A stretch of 64,000 bases of DNA from Basidiobolus meristosporus CBS 931.73 (Eukaryota > Fungi > Basidiobolomycota): contig MCFE01000500.1 of assembly GCA_002104905.1 (NCBI GenBank), forward strand, positions 1 to 64,000. Direction: 5' to 3'. Shown piece by piece: positions 62,398-64,000 of this stretch (position 1 is its first letter; each line of letters opens with the position of its first letter). The notes under the pieces were generated by a model. The model made no database searches and was not told the DNA's origin. It was given only the letters and a program-made list of their open reading frames with translations. The translations under genes and the position numbers were made by a program.

Positions 62398-62480
62398 GAA
62401 AAAAAATAAGAAAAGGCCAGTAAAATACCATTATAATATCAGCTGAATATCACATTTTTCAAGATAGACAATTCTCAATA

Positions 62481-64000
62481 CCCTATGAAAAATAATTTGG
62501 TCCCGCAGGTGGATCCAATCCAGATCATTGGTCAAGATCCCGTTCAGAGACGGTCATAATAACAGCAGCTTGGAACTAGTGACCCTCCTGACAATCTTAT
62601 AATGAGATCATAACGGTGTTTTGCAAATTTTACAGCCAAATAATGGGATAAAACTTGACAATTTTTGATCAGTGCTGTAACAATATTTGCATGTTATTGT
62701 TGCGGTCTTTCAACACACTATTACTATTTTGAGTGGATCTAGTTGGCCAGGACTTCCAATTGCCTTATATGGCAAGAAACTTGACGGTATTTTGATAGCC
62801 TCACAGCAAGACTCTGATGGCTTTTTTTTGGCAGTATGACGGCCTGCCACTGGTTATGTATAATGCTACCGTACCAATTTACCAAATGGTATTTCCCTTT
62901 TCTACCTCCCCTGGTGCAATTCATATATTCCACTGTAGAATCACCTTTGTTTATTTGCTTACCCACTACTACCTTGGGTATTCCACATATAGTTCAAATC
63001 AAAAAAAAACTATGGCCTCCTGCTTACTAACCTCTACAAATGCGCACACCTGTTGCAATTGACATACTTCTATCACCTCAACTTTACGGCTTTTTAGTGT
63101 GATACTTGCAAACTTGCTACATACCTTGTACTGCTGGTAGCATATACATCTTGCAAACATATGCTTGGTTGTTGCCACTTCTGCTATGAATACCTCCTGA
63201 ATATTGGCAAAGAACATCTTGGTATTTAGCCAATATATTCCTTCTTCCTGCTGGATTCTAGTCCCCCTTATAGGTGCACTCTGGCTTTTGCTTGTGTGAA
63301 TTCCGTATTGAATGGTGTAGAAGTTGGCTTGTGACCACAAGAAATATGGCATATCTTGGTGGAGTTTTCCTTATAAAAATTTGCTGCTTGTTGAACCCAA
63401 CCCAACTTTGCATTACTTAACTGATTACCCATGCATTGGGGCTGCTTAACTTCTTAATGCCATAGGCATAGGTGTCTCCATGTGCACATTTGTTGTCAGT
63501 ATTTTCCAACTCTTTCTGGCTGTCCTCCATATGCCCACTCATTACATCCATGACGGACTTGAAGGTAATATTCTCGATGAGATTGGGACATGGTAATACC
63601 TGCAACTTGACTTGTCTTCCTATCTCCACACACATCTGCTCCATAGGAAACTCTCAAAAGGTGAAGCAAGGCCCAATATTCTCCACACACCATGCAAGAT
63701 GGAGTAGTGAATGGATGCAGTAGCGGCAGAGATCTATGTGTTCAGCTTTATGTTTGTAGTATAGCCACTCAAATCCCATCACAAACTCCTCACACAACAG
63801 CTGTAGATGCGTCAAGTTGGCATTGGTGATCCGCTTCTGGATAAATATTCCTACAATGTCCACATATGACTCCCAATGCTTCCAATGTACTCTTGGTAGG
63901 AATGGCTTCAGAACACCACTTGAATAAATACATATCCGGTTCATCCATTCTTTGCATTTGTATTGTTGCCTATGTGTATGAATATTAATTGGAGCCCATG
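62481..64000 (-). mobile_element. CACTA copy, right end plus transposase C-terminal remnant; runs off the window
   Basis: CCCTATGAAAAATAATTTGG at 62481; ORFs 62739-63944(-) match 38560-38830 and 43305-45003. Confidence 0.88.

Overview
Intron-containing eukaryotic DNA, most likely a fungus with a repeat-rich genome (short ~60-nt GT-AG introns; the LDH resembles the Mucorales type). The taxon cannot be fixed from the sequence alone. The window has two compartments. (1) 1-~8.7 kb is a GC- and CpG-rich gene island: a partial membrane-protein gene, an HPP-family protein, RPL37, a sucrose/alpha-glucoside transporter, an L-lactate dehydrogenase with a mitochondrial-type presequence, and a small 4-TM protein. 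(2) ~8.8-64 kb is a strongly CpG-depleted field of nested transposons with no host genes. It holds about 8 copies or fragments of a CCCTA-terminated CACTA/CMC element carrying a divergent second ORF, Ty3/Gypsy and Ty1/Copia relics, and several solo LTRs. It also holds a complete two-ORF PIF/Harbinger-like (PHIS) element and five ~730-bp fold-back elements that share its termini and its ANT target duplication. Target-site duplications resolve a six-level nest at 29-47.7 kb. The most notable observations are the PHIS element with its fold-back partners (two spacer-inversion isomers), its CpG-free transposase ORF, and an identical Gypsy-CACTA junction present in two nested LTR elements. All coordinates, identities and counts were read by eye.
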